DNA from: Pseudomonadales bacterium
GTDB lineage: Bacteria; Pseudomonadota; Gammaproteobacteria; Pseudomonadales; JAUIET01
Direction of reading: 5' to 3'
Length of the DNA stretch: 64,000 nucleotides
Assembly (NCBI GenBank): GCA_037969395.1
Contig: JBBKXJ010000257.1
Location: 10,405-74,404, forward strand
The notes beneath the pieces are model-generated. The model was not told where the DNA came from, did no database searches, and saw nothing but the letters and a program-made list of their open reading frames with translations. Shown here in pieces: positions 48,634 through 59,966 of this stretch. Position 1 is the first letter of the stretch. The number at the start of each line of letters is the position of its first letter. A program made the translations under genes and the position numbers.

Positions 48634-49884
48634 ATGGATCATTTTCAATACCACAACGGCGAACTGCATGCAGAGCAAGTGGCCTTAAGAGAGATCGCCG
48701 CACGCTTCGGCACGCCGTGCTACGTGTATTCGCGGGCTGCGCTGGAACAGGCTTATGCTGCCTACGCCGATGCCTTGCACAACGTAGACCACTTAATTTG
48801 CTACGCGGTGAAAGCTAACTCGAATCTCGCGGTGTTGAATGTACTGGCGCGCCTTGGTGCGGGTTTCGATGTAGTCTCCATTGGTGAGTTGGAGCGGGTG
48901 CTGGCGGCCGGCGGTGAAGCAGGTAAGTGCGTATTCTCCGGCGTCGGCAAAAAGGCCTGCGAATTACGGCGTGCGCTGGAACTTGGCATTTTTTGTTTTA
49001 ACGTTGAATCGGCGGCGGAGTTGCACACGCTGCAGGAGGAGGCGGCACAAATGCAGTGCAGCGCACAGGTGTCGTTGCGCGTTAATCCCGATGTCGACGC
49101 CCGCACCCACCCCTATATTTCTACTGGCCTGCGCGACAATAAATTTGGTATTGATATTAACCAGGCCCCTACGCTCTACGCCGCCGCGCAGAGTGCGGCT
49201 AATCTGGAGGTGGTGGGCATCGATTGCCATATTGGCTCGCAGCTGACCAGCGTGGAACCGTTCCTCGCGGCACTGGACCGGCTGCTGGATTTGTACGACA
49301 AGCTGAGCGTCAGTGGCATCAACATTAAGCATATCGATTTGGGCGGCGGTCTGGGCGTGCGCTATGAATACGAAACCCCGCCAACACCTGAAGACTACCT
49401 GAGTCGCGTACTCGAACGTCTGGGAGACAGACACGTACAGCTGCTACTTGAACCCGGCCGTTCAATATGCGCCAATGCTGGCGTGCTGTTAACCGAAGTG
49501 ACTTGCCTGAAGGAGAACGGCACAAAAAATTTCGCCATTGTCGACGCGGCGATGAACGATATGCTGCGCCCGGCGCTCTACGATGCGTGGCTCGGTGTCG
49601 ACCCGCTGCGTAACAGCGCCACGGCGCCACAACGGGACTACGATATTGTCGGTCCGGTGTGTGAGTCTGGCGACTTCATTGCGAAGCAACGGCGCCTGGC
49701 CTTAAGCGCCGGTGACCTGCTGGCGGTGCGCTCGGCCGGCGCCTACGGATTTGTGATGAGCTCAAACTACAATACCAGGCCGCGTGCCGCCGAAGTGATG
49801 GTTGACGGTAGCGCCGCGCATATTGTCAGGCAGCGCGAAACGCTGCAAGATCTGCTGCGCGGCGAGTCGCTGCTGCCGCAATAG
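48634..49884 (+). CDS. lysA: diaminopimelate decarboxylase
   Basis: 416 aa from MDHFQYHNGELHAEQV. PLP-site region YAVKANSN. The longer ORF from 48547 only reads lptM out of frame. Confidence 0.94.
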   Translation: MDHFQYHNGELHAEQVALREIAARFGTPCYVYSRAALEQAYAAYADALHNVDHLICYAVKANSNLAVLNVLARLGAGFDVVSIGELERVLAAGGEAGKCVFSGVGKKACELRRALELGIFCFNVESAAELHTLQEEAAQMQCSAQVSLRVNPDVDARTHPYISTGLRDNKFGIDINQAPTLYAAAQSAANLEVVGIDCHIGSQLTSVEPFLAALDRLLDLYDKLSVSGINIKHIDLGGGLGVRYEYETPPTPEDYLSRVLERLGDRHVQLLLEPGRSICANAGVLLTEVTCLKENGTKNFAIVDAAMNDMLRPALYDAWLGVDPLRNSATAPQRDYDIVGPVCESGDFIAKQRRLALSAGDLLAVRSAGAYGFVMSSNYNTRPRAAEVMVDGSAAHIVRQRETLQDLLRGESLLPQ

Positions 49885-49921
49885 CTGTCGCCGCAATAAG
49901 AGGTAAGGAATAGATCGCTCC

Positions 49922-50752
49922 ATGCTGCTTCGCTTCACAAAAATGCACGGTCTGGGCAACGATTTCGTTGTGATTGATCGTCTCTCCCAGCACGTTAGGT
50001 TAACTAAAGGCCTGGTAAAGCGTTTGGCTGACCGCCGTTTCGGCATCGGCTTCGATCAACTGCTGGTGGTTGATCATCCGCACGATCCTGACGTCGATTT
50101 CCGCTACAGCATATATAACAGCGACGGCAGCGAAGTGGCCCAATGCGGCAACGGCGCACGCTGTTTTGCCAGGTACGTGACCGACAAACGCCTCACCGGC
50201 CGCAACCCCATTCGGGTGGAAACCAATGCCGGCTTACTCGAACTGCAAATAAGGAAAGACCAACAGGTGCGCGTTAATATGGGCGTACCCGAGCTAGAGC
50301 CGCAGCGCGTGCCGTTTCTCGCACCGCAACGCGCTTTAACATATACGTTAGAAGCTGGCGGTCGACAGTTCGAGCTAAGCGCCGTGTCACTGGGTAATCC
50401 ACACGCCGTTATCGTGGTCGACGACTGCGCCAACACGCCGGTAATTGAGCTGGGCCAACACATCGGTGCGCACGCAGACTTCCCGCAAGGGGTTAACGTT
50501 GGCTTTATGCAAGTGCTGAATCGAGACAATTTTGAGTTACGCGTGTTCGAACGCGGCGCCGGCGAAACCCTGGCCTGCGGCAGCGGTGCCTGCGCCGCCA
50601 TGGTCGCCGGCAATACCCGCGGCTTGCTTGCCAACAAGGCAAACGCTCACATGAAAGGGGGCCTGCTGCAATTGGAGTGGCGAGGCGAGGGTGAACCGGT
50701 GTTTATGACTGGCCCGGCCACTACCGTTTACGAAGGACACATACGTATATGA
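49922..50752 (+). CDS. dapF: diaminopimelate epimerase
   Basis: 276 aa. FTKMHGLGNDFVVID N-terminus, with catalytic Cys motifs (QCGNGARC, ACGSGACA). Confidence 0.95.
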   Translation: MLLRFTKMHGLGNDFVVIDRLSQHVRLTKGLVKRLADRRFGIGFDQLLVVDHPHDPDVDFRYSIYNSDGSEVAQCGNGARCFARYVTDKRLTGRNPIRVETNAGLLELQIRKDQQVRVNMGVPELEPQRVPFLAPQRALTYTLEAGGRQFELSAVSLGNPHAVIVVDDCANTPVIELGQHIGAHADFPQGVNVGFMQVLNRDNFELRVFERGAGETLACGSGACAAMVAGNTRGLLANKANAHMKGGLLQLEWRGEGEPVFMTGPATTVYEGHIRI

Positions 50753-51447
50753 ACACATCGATTTCGGCACATAAGAAAATAACCGTGACCGCCGAACAGG
50801 TAGCCGATTTTCTGCAGGAAAATCCTGACTTTTTCTCGCGTCGACCCGGCTTGCTGTGCGACCTGACCTTACCTCATCAGCGCGGTCAAGCCGTGTCGTT
50901 AGTAGAACGGCAGGTCGCTCTTTTGCGTGAGCGCAATATTGATATGCGCCGGCGGCTGGCTGAGCTGCTGGAGAATGCCAACGCCAACAATGAGCTATTC
51001 GAGAATACCCGCCAACTGGTGCTGGATCTTATTGAGGCGAGATCGCTGGTTGAGCTAACCGAGGCGCTGCAGCGCAGCCTCAGGCATGACTTCCACGTTG
51101 AGTTGCAATGCTTATGCTTGCTGACCGAACAGCAACAATCGCTGCCGTCAACTGTGCGCTGCGTCAGCCGTGAGCAGGCGCAGGCTGCTATCGGCAATCT
51201 GCTAACGGCACAGCAGGTTGTGTGCGGCGTACTGCGCGAGCAAGAGCTGGCGTTTTTATTTGGCGATGCAGCGACCAGCGTAGGGTCAGCAGCCGTTATC
51301 CCTCTGCTGGCTGAAAAGCATATCGGCGTGCTGGCGGTAGGCAGTAAAGATCCTCTGCATTTTCAGTCGGGCATGGGTACACTATTTTTAAACTACATCG
51401 CGGAAATGCTCAACCGCACTGTGCCGCAGTTTCTGCCACCGGAATAG
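50749..51447 (+). CDS. DUF484 family protein (YigA-like)
   Basis: 232 aa, with a 4-bp overlap with dapF. VADFLQENPDFF N-terminus. It keeps the conserved dapF-DUF484-xerC position. Confidence 0.85.
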   Translation: MNTSISAHKKITVTAEQVADFLQENPDFFSRRPGLLCDLTLPHQRGQAVSLVERQVALLRERNIDMRRRLAELLENANANNELFENTRQLVLDLIEARSLVELTEALQRSLRHDFHVELQCLCLLTEQQQSLPSTVRCVSREQAQAAIGNLLTAQQVVCGVLREQELAFLFGDAATSVGSAAVIPLLAEKHIGVLAVGSKDPLHFQSGMGTLFLNYIAEMLNRTVPQFLPPE

Positions 51448-51451
51448 TTCA

Positions 51452-52354
51452 ATGTTGCAGCAAGATGTCGACGATTTTCTTGGCTACCTGCAACATAACC
51501 GCGCGCTGTCTAAACATACGCTGAGCAGCTACCGACGCGACCTCGCCAAACTTACGAAATTTTGCGCTGAGCGCGAGCTAGGCGATAGCGCGCAGCTGCA
51601 GTCCGGCGACGTGCGTGATTTTATCGCTGGCGAACACCGCAGGGGGTTGTCGGGCCGGAGTATTCAGCGCCTGCTGTCTGCGCTGCGTTCGTTGTATCGG
51701 CATTTGAATAAAGTGCATGGCTTAAAGCATAATCCGGCCGCAGGCGTGCAAGCGCCCAAAGCGGCTCGCCTGCTACCCAGGGCGGTCGAAGTCGACGAAC
51801 TACAGCACTTCCTCAATTTGCCAACCGATAGCTGGATAGGCTGCCGTGATCGCGCGATGTTTGAGCTGCTCTACTCTTCCGGCTTGCGCCTTGATGAACT
51901 TGTTAGCCTTAATCGCGCCGAATTGAATCTGAGCGAGGGCAGAGCTGAAGTCAAGGTAGCCCACGGCAAAGGCGACAAGGCGCGCGTTGTGCCGGTGGGC
52001 AGCATCGCCTGCGGCGCGTTACGAGACTGGCTTAAGCGTCGCGCTGAGCACGAGGCAGAGGAGGAGCAGGCAGTTTTTATCAGTCAGCGCGGCCAGCGCA
52101 TTAGCCCGCGCAGTGTGCAGGCGCGGCTGCGTTACTGGAGCCAGCGTCAGGGCTTACGACAAAGCCTGCATCCGCATATGTTACGCCATTCTTTCGCCAG
52201 TCATCTGTTACAGTCGAGCGGTGATTTGCGCTCCTTGCAAGAAATGCTGGGCCACGCCAATATCGCTACCACACAGATTTACACCCACCTCGACTATCAA
52301 CACCTGGCGGCGGTTTACGATAAAGCCCATCCACGCGCCAGCAGGAAGAAATAA
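51452..52354 (+). CDS. xerC: tyrosine recombinase XerC
   Basis: 300 aa. Catalytic-region motifs LYSSGLRLDELV, HMLRHSFASHLL and LGHANIATTQIYTHL. Chromosomal dapF-yigA-xerC-yigB synteny. Confidence 0.92.
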   Translation: MLQQDVDDFLGYLQHNRALSKHTLSSYRRDLAKLTKFCAERELGDSAQLQSGDVRDFIAGEHRRGLSGRSIQRLLSALRSLYRHLNKVHGLKHNPAAGVQAPKAARLLPRAVEVDELQHFLNLPTDSWIGCRDRAMFELLYSSGLRLDELVSLNRAELNLSEGRAEVKVAHGKGDKARVVPVGSIACGALRDWLKRRAEHEAEEEQAVFISQRGQRISPRSVQARLRYWSQRQGLRQSLHPHMLRHSFASHLLQSSGDLRSLQEMLGHANIATTQIYTHLDYQHLAAVYDKAHPRASRKK

Positions 52355-53068
52355 ATGGCTCGCGTACAGTTACTCACCTTCGACCTGGACGACACACTGT
52401 GGGAAGTACACCCGGTATTAGTTGCGGCCGAGCGCAGCGTTACCCGGTTTTTACAGAGCAACTGCCCGCTGGTGCTGGAGAGATTAAAAACCGAGGACTT
52501 TATCGAATTGCGTCGCAAGCTGTTTGCCACCGAGCCCGAGTTACGCCATCAAATTAGCCAACTGCGAATTCGCGCCATGCAAATTGCTCTGCAGCAAAGC
52601 GGTTATGACGAAGCGCAGGCACAGCGATTGTCGCTGCAGGCATTTGAGGTATTTATTGAAGCACGTCATGCGGTGGCCTATTTCGATGGCGTGGTCGACA
52701 GCCTTGAGAGTTTGCACAGTCAATATCAACTGGGCGTGTTAACCAACGGCAACGCCGACATCAACCGGCTGGCTATCAAATCCTATTTCAAGTTTGCCAT
52801 TGCGGCAGAACATATCAACGCCAGTAAGCCAGCGCCTGACCATTTTCATAAGGCCATGCAGCTGTCAGGTGCCAGTGCCGAACAGATGATTCATATTGGC
52901 GATCATCCCGAGCACGACATCTACGGCGCACAGCAGCTTGGTATCAAGACTATTTGGGTCAACTTGAATAATCAGAAATGGCCGGATGCCGAGCCGCCAA
53001 CGGCAGAAGTACGAAAGTTTTCTGAACTGGCGACAACGGTTGCGAAAATTGGAAACAGTGATAAATAA
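52355..53068 (+). CDS. HAD family hydrolase (YigB-like)
   Basis: 237 aa. FDLDDTLW motif I and GDHPEHDIYGAQ motif IV region. It starts right after the xerC stop. Confidence 0.85.
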   Translation: MARVQLLTFDLDDTLWEVHPVLVAAERSVTRFLQSNCPLVLERLKTEDFIELRRKLFATEPELRHQISQLRIRAMQIALQQSGYDEAQAQRLSLQAFEVFIEARHAVAYFDGVVDSLESLHSQYQLGVLTNGNADINRLAIKSYFKFAIAAEHINASKPAPDHFHKAMQLSGASAEQMIHIGDHPEHDIYGAQQLGIKTIWVNLNNQKWPDAEPPTAEVRKFSELATTVAKIGNSDK

Positions 53069-53127
53069 CGTGAAGGCAGTACTGCGCACACGGTCATTTT
53101 AAATTACCGCATGCACTCGCTTTTATA

Positions 53128-53403
53128 TTAAATGGGCTGGCTGCCATAATTACTGGTTGGCTTACGCGGCGGGTCGGCGCGTAAATTTGCCTCTACTCGC
53201 GTGATTTTACCGCCTTCTGCGAGAAATGCTTCTATCTCGCTCTGCAGCTGAGCGCGAACCGGATCACGTGCTGCCACGGTGCGGCCTTCTGCCCAGTCAT
53301 CTTTGTATGCATCGACCGGCACATCCGATTTTTTGGCTTTGGTCATTTTGGCTTTCGTGGCTTTAACTTTGGTCGCCTTAGCCTTAATTGCTTTCCCTTT
53401 CAT
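53128..53403 (-). CDS. sutA: SutA-like RNA polymerase-binding transcriptional regulator with lysine-rich N-tail
   Basis: 91 aa. The C-terminal half EIEAFLAEGGKITRVEANLRADPPRKPTSNYGSQPI resembles the SutA helix plus C-tail as I recall it (...ADPPKKP...YGSRPI). Its position between xerC/HAD and glnK-amtB matches the P. aeruginosa sutA locus as I recall it. Confidence 0.55.
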   Translation of the reverse strand: MKGKAIKAKATKVKATKAKMTKAKKSDVPVDAYKDDWAEGRTVAARDPVRAQLQSEIEAFLAEGGKITRVEANLRADPPRKPTSNYGSQPI

Positions 53404-53533
53404 AATGTTCCCCGTTGAATCTGAGCAATCGCTCGTTTAAATTGGCCTTATATTTATAGTTGACGACCACGGGTTTGCAATTATTCAGGGGCGTTGAATT
53501 GCTCCAGCGTGTAAAAAACGTGATTCACGACTG

Positions 53534-53559
53534 CAAAGTGTGCGCTACCGCACACTTTG
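53534..53559 (-). terminator. hairpin downstream of the distal P-II gene (probable terminator)
   Basis: CAAAGTGTGCG-ctac-CGCACACTTTG, a perfect 11-bp stem 48 nt after the stop at 53607. On the minus strand a T6 run follows about 15 nt later. Confidence 0.5.
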
Positions 53560-53606
53560 TTATCGAAAATTTGCTTGTAGCAAGGTGGGAAAATGATGTA
53601 TGAGAT

Positions 53607-53975
<369 letters not shown>

Positions 53976-54033
53976 TTAAGGAAACGACGACGAAGTCCAT
54001 GCCGCACCTGCCGATGCTGAATGGATCGAACGC

Positions 54034-54489
54034 CTATTTTGGACAACGCTTACGCAGATAATCGCTTAACTGCTGTTCATATTCTGCGCGTTGCTTATCG
54101 CTGTAGATGTCTCGCTCGCCGTCTTTGCGAGCGACATAGAGGTACCCCGCCCGGCGGCTCGCAGCATACGCGCGCTGAACTTTCGCGCAACGCTGACGCC
54201 GCTGCGCCAATTGTCGACTTTCTTCAGCGTGCTGCTGTTGTTGCTGATCGCGCTCAGTATCCCACACTTTGAGTAACGCACGATTACGCTGTCGGTATTG
54301 CTCAAGCTCTGGATCAATCTCTGCAGGACGAACATCAATGTCAATTTCCTGGGCCTGTTGGCGTGCCGGCGCCTGATCGCTGAAGTGAACCTTACCGTTG
54401 GCATCTGTCCACTTATAGATACCGGCCTGTGTTGCACTATGACCGCCGATAACAATAATGCTGAGAATAAATAGTATGGCTCGCTGCAT
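54034..54489 (-). CDS. DUF4124 domain-containing protein
   Basis: Signal peptide, IYKWTDANGKVHFSDQAP core, then a charged Gln/Arg-rich helical tail. Confidence 0.75.
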   Translation of the reverse strand: MQRAILFILSIIVIGGHSATQAGIYKWTDANGKVHFSDQAPARQQAQEIDIDVRPAEIDPELEQYRQRNRALLKVWDTERDQQQQQHAEESRQLAQRRQRCAKVQRAYAASRRAGYLYVARKDGERDIYSDKQRAEYEQQLSDYLRKRCPK

Positions 54490-54580
54490 GAATTACACTT
54501 TAGTCGCTATCGATTCTATAAATATAGATCGACATGCAGCCAGTGTGTGCGCAGTTGGTCGGATGCAAGAGAACCGCCGT

Positions 54581-54612
54581 GCAGGCTGCGCCGTGTGTAT
54601 GGCGCAGCCTGC
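54581..54612 (-). terminator. strong hairpin immediately downstream of amtB
   Basis: GCAGGCTGCGCC-gtgtgtat-GGCGCAGCCTGC, a perfect 12-bp GC-rich stem 30 nt after the amtB stop. The downstream U-tract is weak (cgguucucuu). Confidence 0.5.
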
Positions 54613-54641
54613 GTATTGCTCGACGGTGTGCTCAGCGCACG

Positions 54642-55910
54642 CTACTTTGCAGAAATAAACTCCGGGTAGGCTTCCATACCACACTCGGAAAGATCACCCC
54701 CATCGTACTCCTCTTCCTCACTGACGCGTATGCCCATGACAAGTTTCAGCACGCTCCACACAATCAGGCTGGTGCCAAACACCCAAACGAAAATTGTGGC
54801 GGCTCCTAGCAATTGACCGCTGAAGCTGACATCGGCGTTGGTCAGCGGCACTGCCAGTAAGCCCCATAAACCCACTGTGCCATGCACCGAGATGGCGCCA
54901 ACCGGGTCATCGATTCTGACCTTGTCTAATAACACGATAGAGAATACCACCAGCACACCGCCGACCGCGCCAATACCGGTCGCCGCCAACGCTCCGGGTG
55001 TTGACGGCTCTGCGGTGATAGCGACCAGCCCGGCGAGCGCGCCGTTCAACGCCATTGTCAGGTCGGCCTTGCCGAACATAAAGCGACCGACCAGCATTGC
55101 CGCAATCAGCCCGCCGGCAGCAGCCATATTAGTATTCAGAAACACCATAGCTACACTGTTTGCCGAGGCGATATCGCCGAGCTTCAGAACCGAGCCGCCG
55201 TTAAAGCCAAACCAGCCCATCCACAGAATGAACATGCCGAGTGTCGCCATAGGCAAATTTGCACCGGGAATGGGGTGTACTTCGCCATTGGCGCCGTATT
55301 TACCCTTGCGAGCACCTAGTAACAGCACGCCTGCCAGTGCAGCAGCCGCACCAGCCATATGCACGATGCCCGAGCCGGCAAAATCCGAGAAGCCGGCATC
55401 GCCGAGGTTGTACATGCCGAACACATCGGCACCGTTCCAGGTCCAACTGCCTTCCATAGGATAAATAAAGCCGGTCATTACCACGGCAAAGGCAAGGAAT
55501 GCCCACAGCTTCATGCGTTCGGCTACGGCGCCGGAAACAATCGACATAGCGGTTGCGACAAACACTACCTGGAAGAAAAAGTCAGAGGGGGCGGCATATA
55601 CGGAATCTCCGTCGAAACCGTTTTCGGTGGAGGCTGCAAGCGCTTCCTTCACCAGGGTTTCACCACCTTGTATGCCGCTGAGGAACAGCGTGCCGTCATA
55701 CATAATCATGTAGCCGCACAGCATGTACATCAAACACGATATAGAATACAGGGCAACGTTTTTAGTCAGTATTTCCGCGGTGTTCTTGGTGCGCACAAGG
55801 CCGCCTTCCAACATGGAAAAGCCGGCGGCCATCCACATAACCAGGGCACCGCACATTAAAAAATAAAATGTGTCGATAGCATACTGTAGTTCAAATATTT
55901 GGTTTTCCAT
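54642..55910 (-). CDS. amtB: ammonium transporter
   Basis: 422 aa polytopic protein. Amt signature region DFAGSGIVHMAGAAAALAG. Directly downstream of glnK. Confidence 0.95.
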   Translation of the reverse strand: MENQIFELQYAIDTFYFLMCGALVMWMAAGFSMLEGGLVRTKNTAEILTKNVALYSISCLMYMLCGYMIMYDGTLFLSGIQGGETLVKEALAASTENGFDGDSVYAAPSDFFFQVVFVATAMSIVSGAVAERMKLWAFLAFAVVMTGFIYPMEGSWTWNGADVFGMYNLGDAGFSDFAGSGIVHMAGAAAALAGVLLLGARKGKYGANGEVHPIPGANLPMATLGMFILWMGWFGFNGGSVLKLGDIASANSVAMVFLNTNMAAAGGLIAAMLVGRFMFGKADLTMALNGALAGLVAITAEPSTPGALAATGIGAVGGVLVVFSIVLLDKVRIDDPVGAISVHGTVGLWGLLAVPLTNADVSFSGQLLGAATIFVWVFGTSLIVWSVLKLVMGIRVSEEEEYDGGDLSECGMEAYPEFISAK

Positions 55911-55974
55911 GGTCAGCTCTCCAAAGGGCTGCTGTTTTTACAGTGAAAGATAAGGGCAAGACGGCATGCAGGGA

Positions 55975-57059
<1,085 letters not shown>

Positions 57060-57105
57060 TGCGTATCCTTTTAGATAAGATAGAGTTGTATGTCTGGCGT
57101 ACAAC

Positions 57106-57121
57106 AGCAGATGCCGTGCCA
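57106..57121 (-). promoter_or_regulatory. candidate sigma54 (-24/-12) promoter for the porin-glnK-amtB unit
   Basis: The minus strand reads TGGCACggcatCTGCT (consensus TGGCAC-N5-TTGCW), roughly 45-60 nt upstream of the ATG at 57059. Confidence 0.6.
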
Positions 57122-57226
57122 TCTGCTGTTTTATCCTTTTTTACAAATAGTTATGGATTGTCAACGACGTTATGACGATAAGTGTGTCACAAATAGCGCG
57201 CAGATTTGGTGCGACGCAAAGGCCTA

Positions 57227-57243
57227 AGCACCGAAACAGTGCG
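57227..57243. promoter_or_regulatory. candidate NtrC-type enhancer site
   Basis: AGCACCGAAACAGTGCG has the GCAC-N7-GTGC spacing of the TGCACC-N5-GGTGCA NtrC consensus. It lies about 110 bp upstream of the sigma54 promoter, and a TGGTGC half-site is nearby at about 57207. Confidence 0.35.
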
Positions 57244-57344
57244 TTTGTGCAAGAATCATGGCGGCATCGATCAGAGAACAATCTATTTCATGATAATTCG
57301 ACCTCGGGTAGAATGGCAGCACCGACAACTACGGCGCGGCTGGC

Positions 57345-57593
57345 ATGTTAAGAGATCGAATTATCAATCAGTTCAATGAACAACTGAGTAGCCTGTTCAA
57401 GGAACGCGGAACCGAGCAAGGTGGCGAGCTGCAGAAAAGCGTTCACCTGCTGGTACAAAACGTATTCAGCAAGCTGGACCTGGTGACGCGTGAGGAGTTC
57501 GACGCGCAGCAGGAGGTTTTGCAAAAAACCCAAGCTCGGGTGGCCGAGCTTGAGGCCGACCTGGAACAATTGATAGAAACCACCCAGCACTAA
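57345..57593 (+). CDS. ubiK: ubiquinone biosynthesis accessory factor UbiK (BMFP/YqiC family)
   Basis: 82 aa. LVTREEFDAQQEVLQKTQARVAELEADLEQL coiled coil, typical of UbiK. Confidence 0.85.
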   Translation: MLRDRIINQFNEQLSSLFKERGTEQGGELQKSVHLLVQNVFSKLDLVTREEFDAQQEVLQKTQARVAELEADLEQLIETTQH

Positions 57594-57656
57594 GCGCCGC
57601 AGAGCGCAATAAAACCCGGCACGGCCGGGATATCCGCATCCAGGGAAGGAGCAACT

Positions 57657-59183
57657 ATGTCATTAGCGATAGTATTTACCCGCGCCCAGCTGGGTATAGA
57701 AGCGCCGCCGGTAGCGGTTGAAGTGCATCTATCCGGCGGCTTACCCAGCTTTACTATCGTCGGCCTGCCGCAAACGGCGGTAAAAGAAAGCAAAGACAGA
57801 GTTCGCAGCGCTATTCTCAATGCGCATTTCGATTTTCCAGCCAGCAGAGTGACCGTCAATCTCGCTCCGGCCGATTTGCCGAAGAGCGGTGGCCGTTACG
57901 ATCTTGCGATTGCGCTAGGTATTCTGGTGGCCTCGGGACAAGTGCCGAAGCAGCGGTTGGAAGATATGGAATTCTATGCCGAGCTGGCATTGTCTGGTGC
58001 GCTGCGCTCGATCGACGGGGTGTTACCTGCCGTGGTGCAATCCCACAAGGCGTTGCGTGCGGTCGTCATCGCACCGCAAAACGGCGCGGAAGCCGGCATG
58101 GTACAAGACGCCGAAGTCTACTGCGCCGCGCACTTGCTGGATGTGTGCGCACACTTAAACGGCAACAGGAAGCTGCCGCTCAATAATGCGGTCACGCCCC
58201 TGAGCGTCACACCTTGTGCCGATCTGGCCGACGTTAAAAGCCAGGCCACCGCCAGGCGAGCGCTGGAGATTGCCGCCGCCGGACAGCACAACTTGCTGTT
58301 GGTCGGCCCGCCCGGCTCGGGCAAAACCATGTTGGCTAGCCGCATGCCGGGCATTTTGCCACCGCTGAGTGAACAGGAGGCGCTGCAGGTGGCTTCAGTT
58401 TATTCGATTAGTAAGCACCCGACCGAGCTGGCGTTGCGCCAGCAGCGGCCGTTTCGCTCTCCTCACCATACTGCTTCGGGCGTAGCGCTGGTCGGTGGCG
58501 GCAGTCCGCCCCGGCCTGGAGAAATATCTCTTGCGCACCACGGAATTTTATTTCTCGATGAACTGCCGGAGTTTCCGCGACATGTACTGGAGGTACTGCG
58601 CGAGCCGATGGAGTCCGGCAATATTCGGATTTCGCGCGCGGCACATCAGGTGGATTTCCCCGCCCGCTTCCAGCTCATCGCCGCGATGAATCCATGCCCT
58701 TGCGGCTATTTCGGCAGCAACGACCGTCATTGCCGTTGCACCCCCGATCAGGTACAGCGTTACCGTGATCGCATCTCCGGGCCACTGCTGGACCGCATCG
58801 ACTTGCACGTCAATGTGCCGCGTGTCAGGGCTCAGGAGTTAAGCGACGACAAGGGAGACTGCGAAACCAGCGCGACCGTATTGCACCGCGTGACGAACGC
58901 AGGCCAGCGGCAACATGCGCGCGACGGCCACGCCAATGCCCTGCTCAGTGGCAAAGCGCTAGCCACAGCTTGTGTACTGAAAGAATCAGACCGTCAGCTG
59001 TTAAATTCAGCAATGGAGCGATTGCAACTATCGGCGCGGGCTTATCACCGCATTTTGCGCGTGGCGCGCACCATTGCCGACCTGGAGGGTGATGCGACCA
59101 TCGCAACTCGGCATCTAACGGAAGCGCTTAGCTATCGCGTGCTGGACCGGCAGATCAGCGCACTACAACAAAACGCTTCCTGA
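57657..59183 (+). CDS. YifB family Mg chelatase-like AAA ATPase (ComM)
   Basis: 508 aa. The N-terminal Lon-like domain starts MSLAIVFTRAQLGIEAPPV. Walker A GPPGSGKT. C-terminal ChlI-like domain. Confidence 0.92.
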   Translation: MSLAIVFTRAQLGIEAPPVAVEVHLSGGLPSFTIVGLPQTAVKESKDRVRSAILNAHFDFPASRVTVNLAPADLPKSGGRYDLAIALGILVASGQVPKQRLEDMEFYAELALSGALRSIDGVLPAVVQSHKALRAVVIAPQNGAEAGMVQDAEVYCAAHLLDVCAHLNGNRKLPLNNAVTPLSVTPCADLADVKSQATARRALEIAAAGQHNLLLVGPPGSGKTMLASRMPGILPPLSEQEALQVASVYSISKHPTELALRQQRPFRSPHHTASGVALVGGGSPPRPGEISLAHHGILFLDELPEFPRHVLEVLREPMESGNIRISRAAHQVDFPARFQLIAAMNPCPCGYFGSNDRHCRCTPDQVQRYRDRISGPLLDRIDLHVNVPRVRAQELSDDKGDCETSATVLHRVTNAGQRQHARDGHANALLSGKALATACVLKESDRQLLNSAMERLQLSARAYHRILRVARTIADLEGDATIATRHLTEALSYRVLDRQISALQQNAS

Positions 59184-59189
59184 CCAGGT

Positions 59190-59966
59190 TTATTGCGGCA
59201 CAAACGCCCGCTCAATGACATAATGACCGATATTGCCGCGCCGCGTTTCCACAAAACCGCGCGCGTCGAGCAGCGCGCCGACATCTTTTAACATCGCCGG
59301 ACTGCCACACAACATAAAGCGGTCGTCTTGCAGGTTGGGCTCAGCAATATTCAAATCGCGAAACAGTTTGCCGCTGTCGATCAAATCGGTGAGTCTGCCG
59401 CGATTGCGGTAATCCTCGCGCGTGACGGTGGGATAATACAGCAGCTTGTCTCTCACCTCATCGCCAAAAAACTCGTTGTCGGGCAAGTCTTCGGTAATCA
59501 TTTGCTGATAGGCCAGTTCTGCGCTGTGGCGGCAACCGTGCGCCAATATGACCTTGTCGAACCGCTCATAGGTTTGCGGGTCTTTTATGATGCTAATAAA
59601 CGGCGCAAGCCCGGTGCCAGTGGCTAGCAAGTACAGGTGCCGCCCCGGCAATAAATGATCGACTACCAGCGTGCCAGTGGGTTTGCGGCTGACCAGTATG
59701 TCATCTCCCACCTGTATATTTTGTAGCTTCGAGGTCAACGGCCCATCCGGCACCTTAATGCTAAAGAATTCCAGCTCATCTTCGTAGTTAGCGCTCGCTA
59801 TGCTGTAGGCACGCAGCAGTGGACGGCCGTCCTCACGCTGTAAACCCAGCATGGTAAAGTGGCCATTCTCAAAACGAAAACCCGGGTCACGCGTTGTGGT
59901 GAAGCTGAACAGATTATCGGTCCAGTGACGCACGCCGGTGACTTGTTCGGTTGCAATAGTTGTCAC
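59190..59966 (-). CDS. fpr: ferredoxin--NADP(+) reductase
   Basis: 258 aa. RAYSIAS FAD motif, GTGLAPF NADP motif, and a C-terminal ERAF end, as in proteobacterial Fpr. Confidence 0.92.
   Translation of the reverse strand: MTTIATEQVTGVRHWTDNLFSFTTTRDPGFRFENGHFTMLGLQREDGRPLLRAYSIASANYEDELEFFSIKVPDGPLTSKLQNIQVGDDILVSRKPTGTLVVDHLLPGRHLYLLATGTGLAPFISIIKDPQTYERFDKVILAHGCRHSAELAYQQMITEDLPDNEFFGDEVRDKLLYYPTVTREDYRNRGRLTDLIDSGKLFRDLNIAEPNLQDDRFMLCGSPAMLKDVGALLDARGFVETRRGNIGHYVIERAFVPQ

Noticed and set aside
51452-52354. Tyrosine recombinase as a marker of an integrated mobile element.
   Set aside because: It sits in the conserved chromosomal dapF-DUF484-xerC-HAD arrangement. There is no adjacent tRNA, att-like repeat, excisionase or phage/ICE gene. 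It is the housekeeping XerC.
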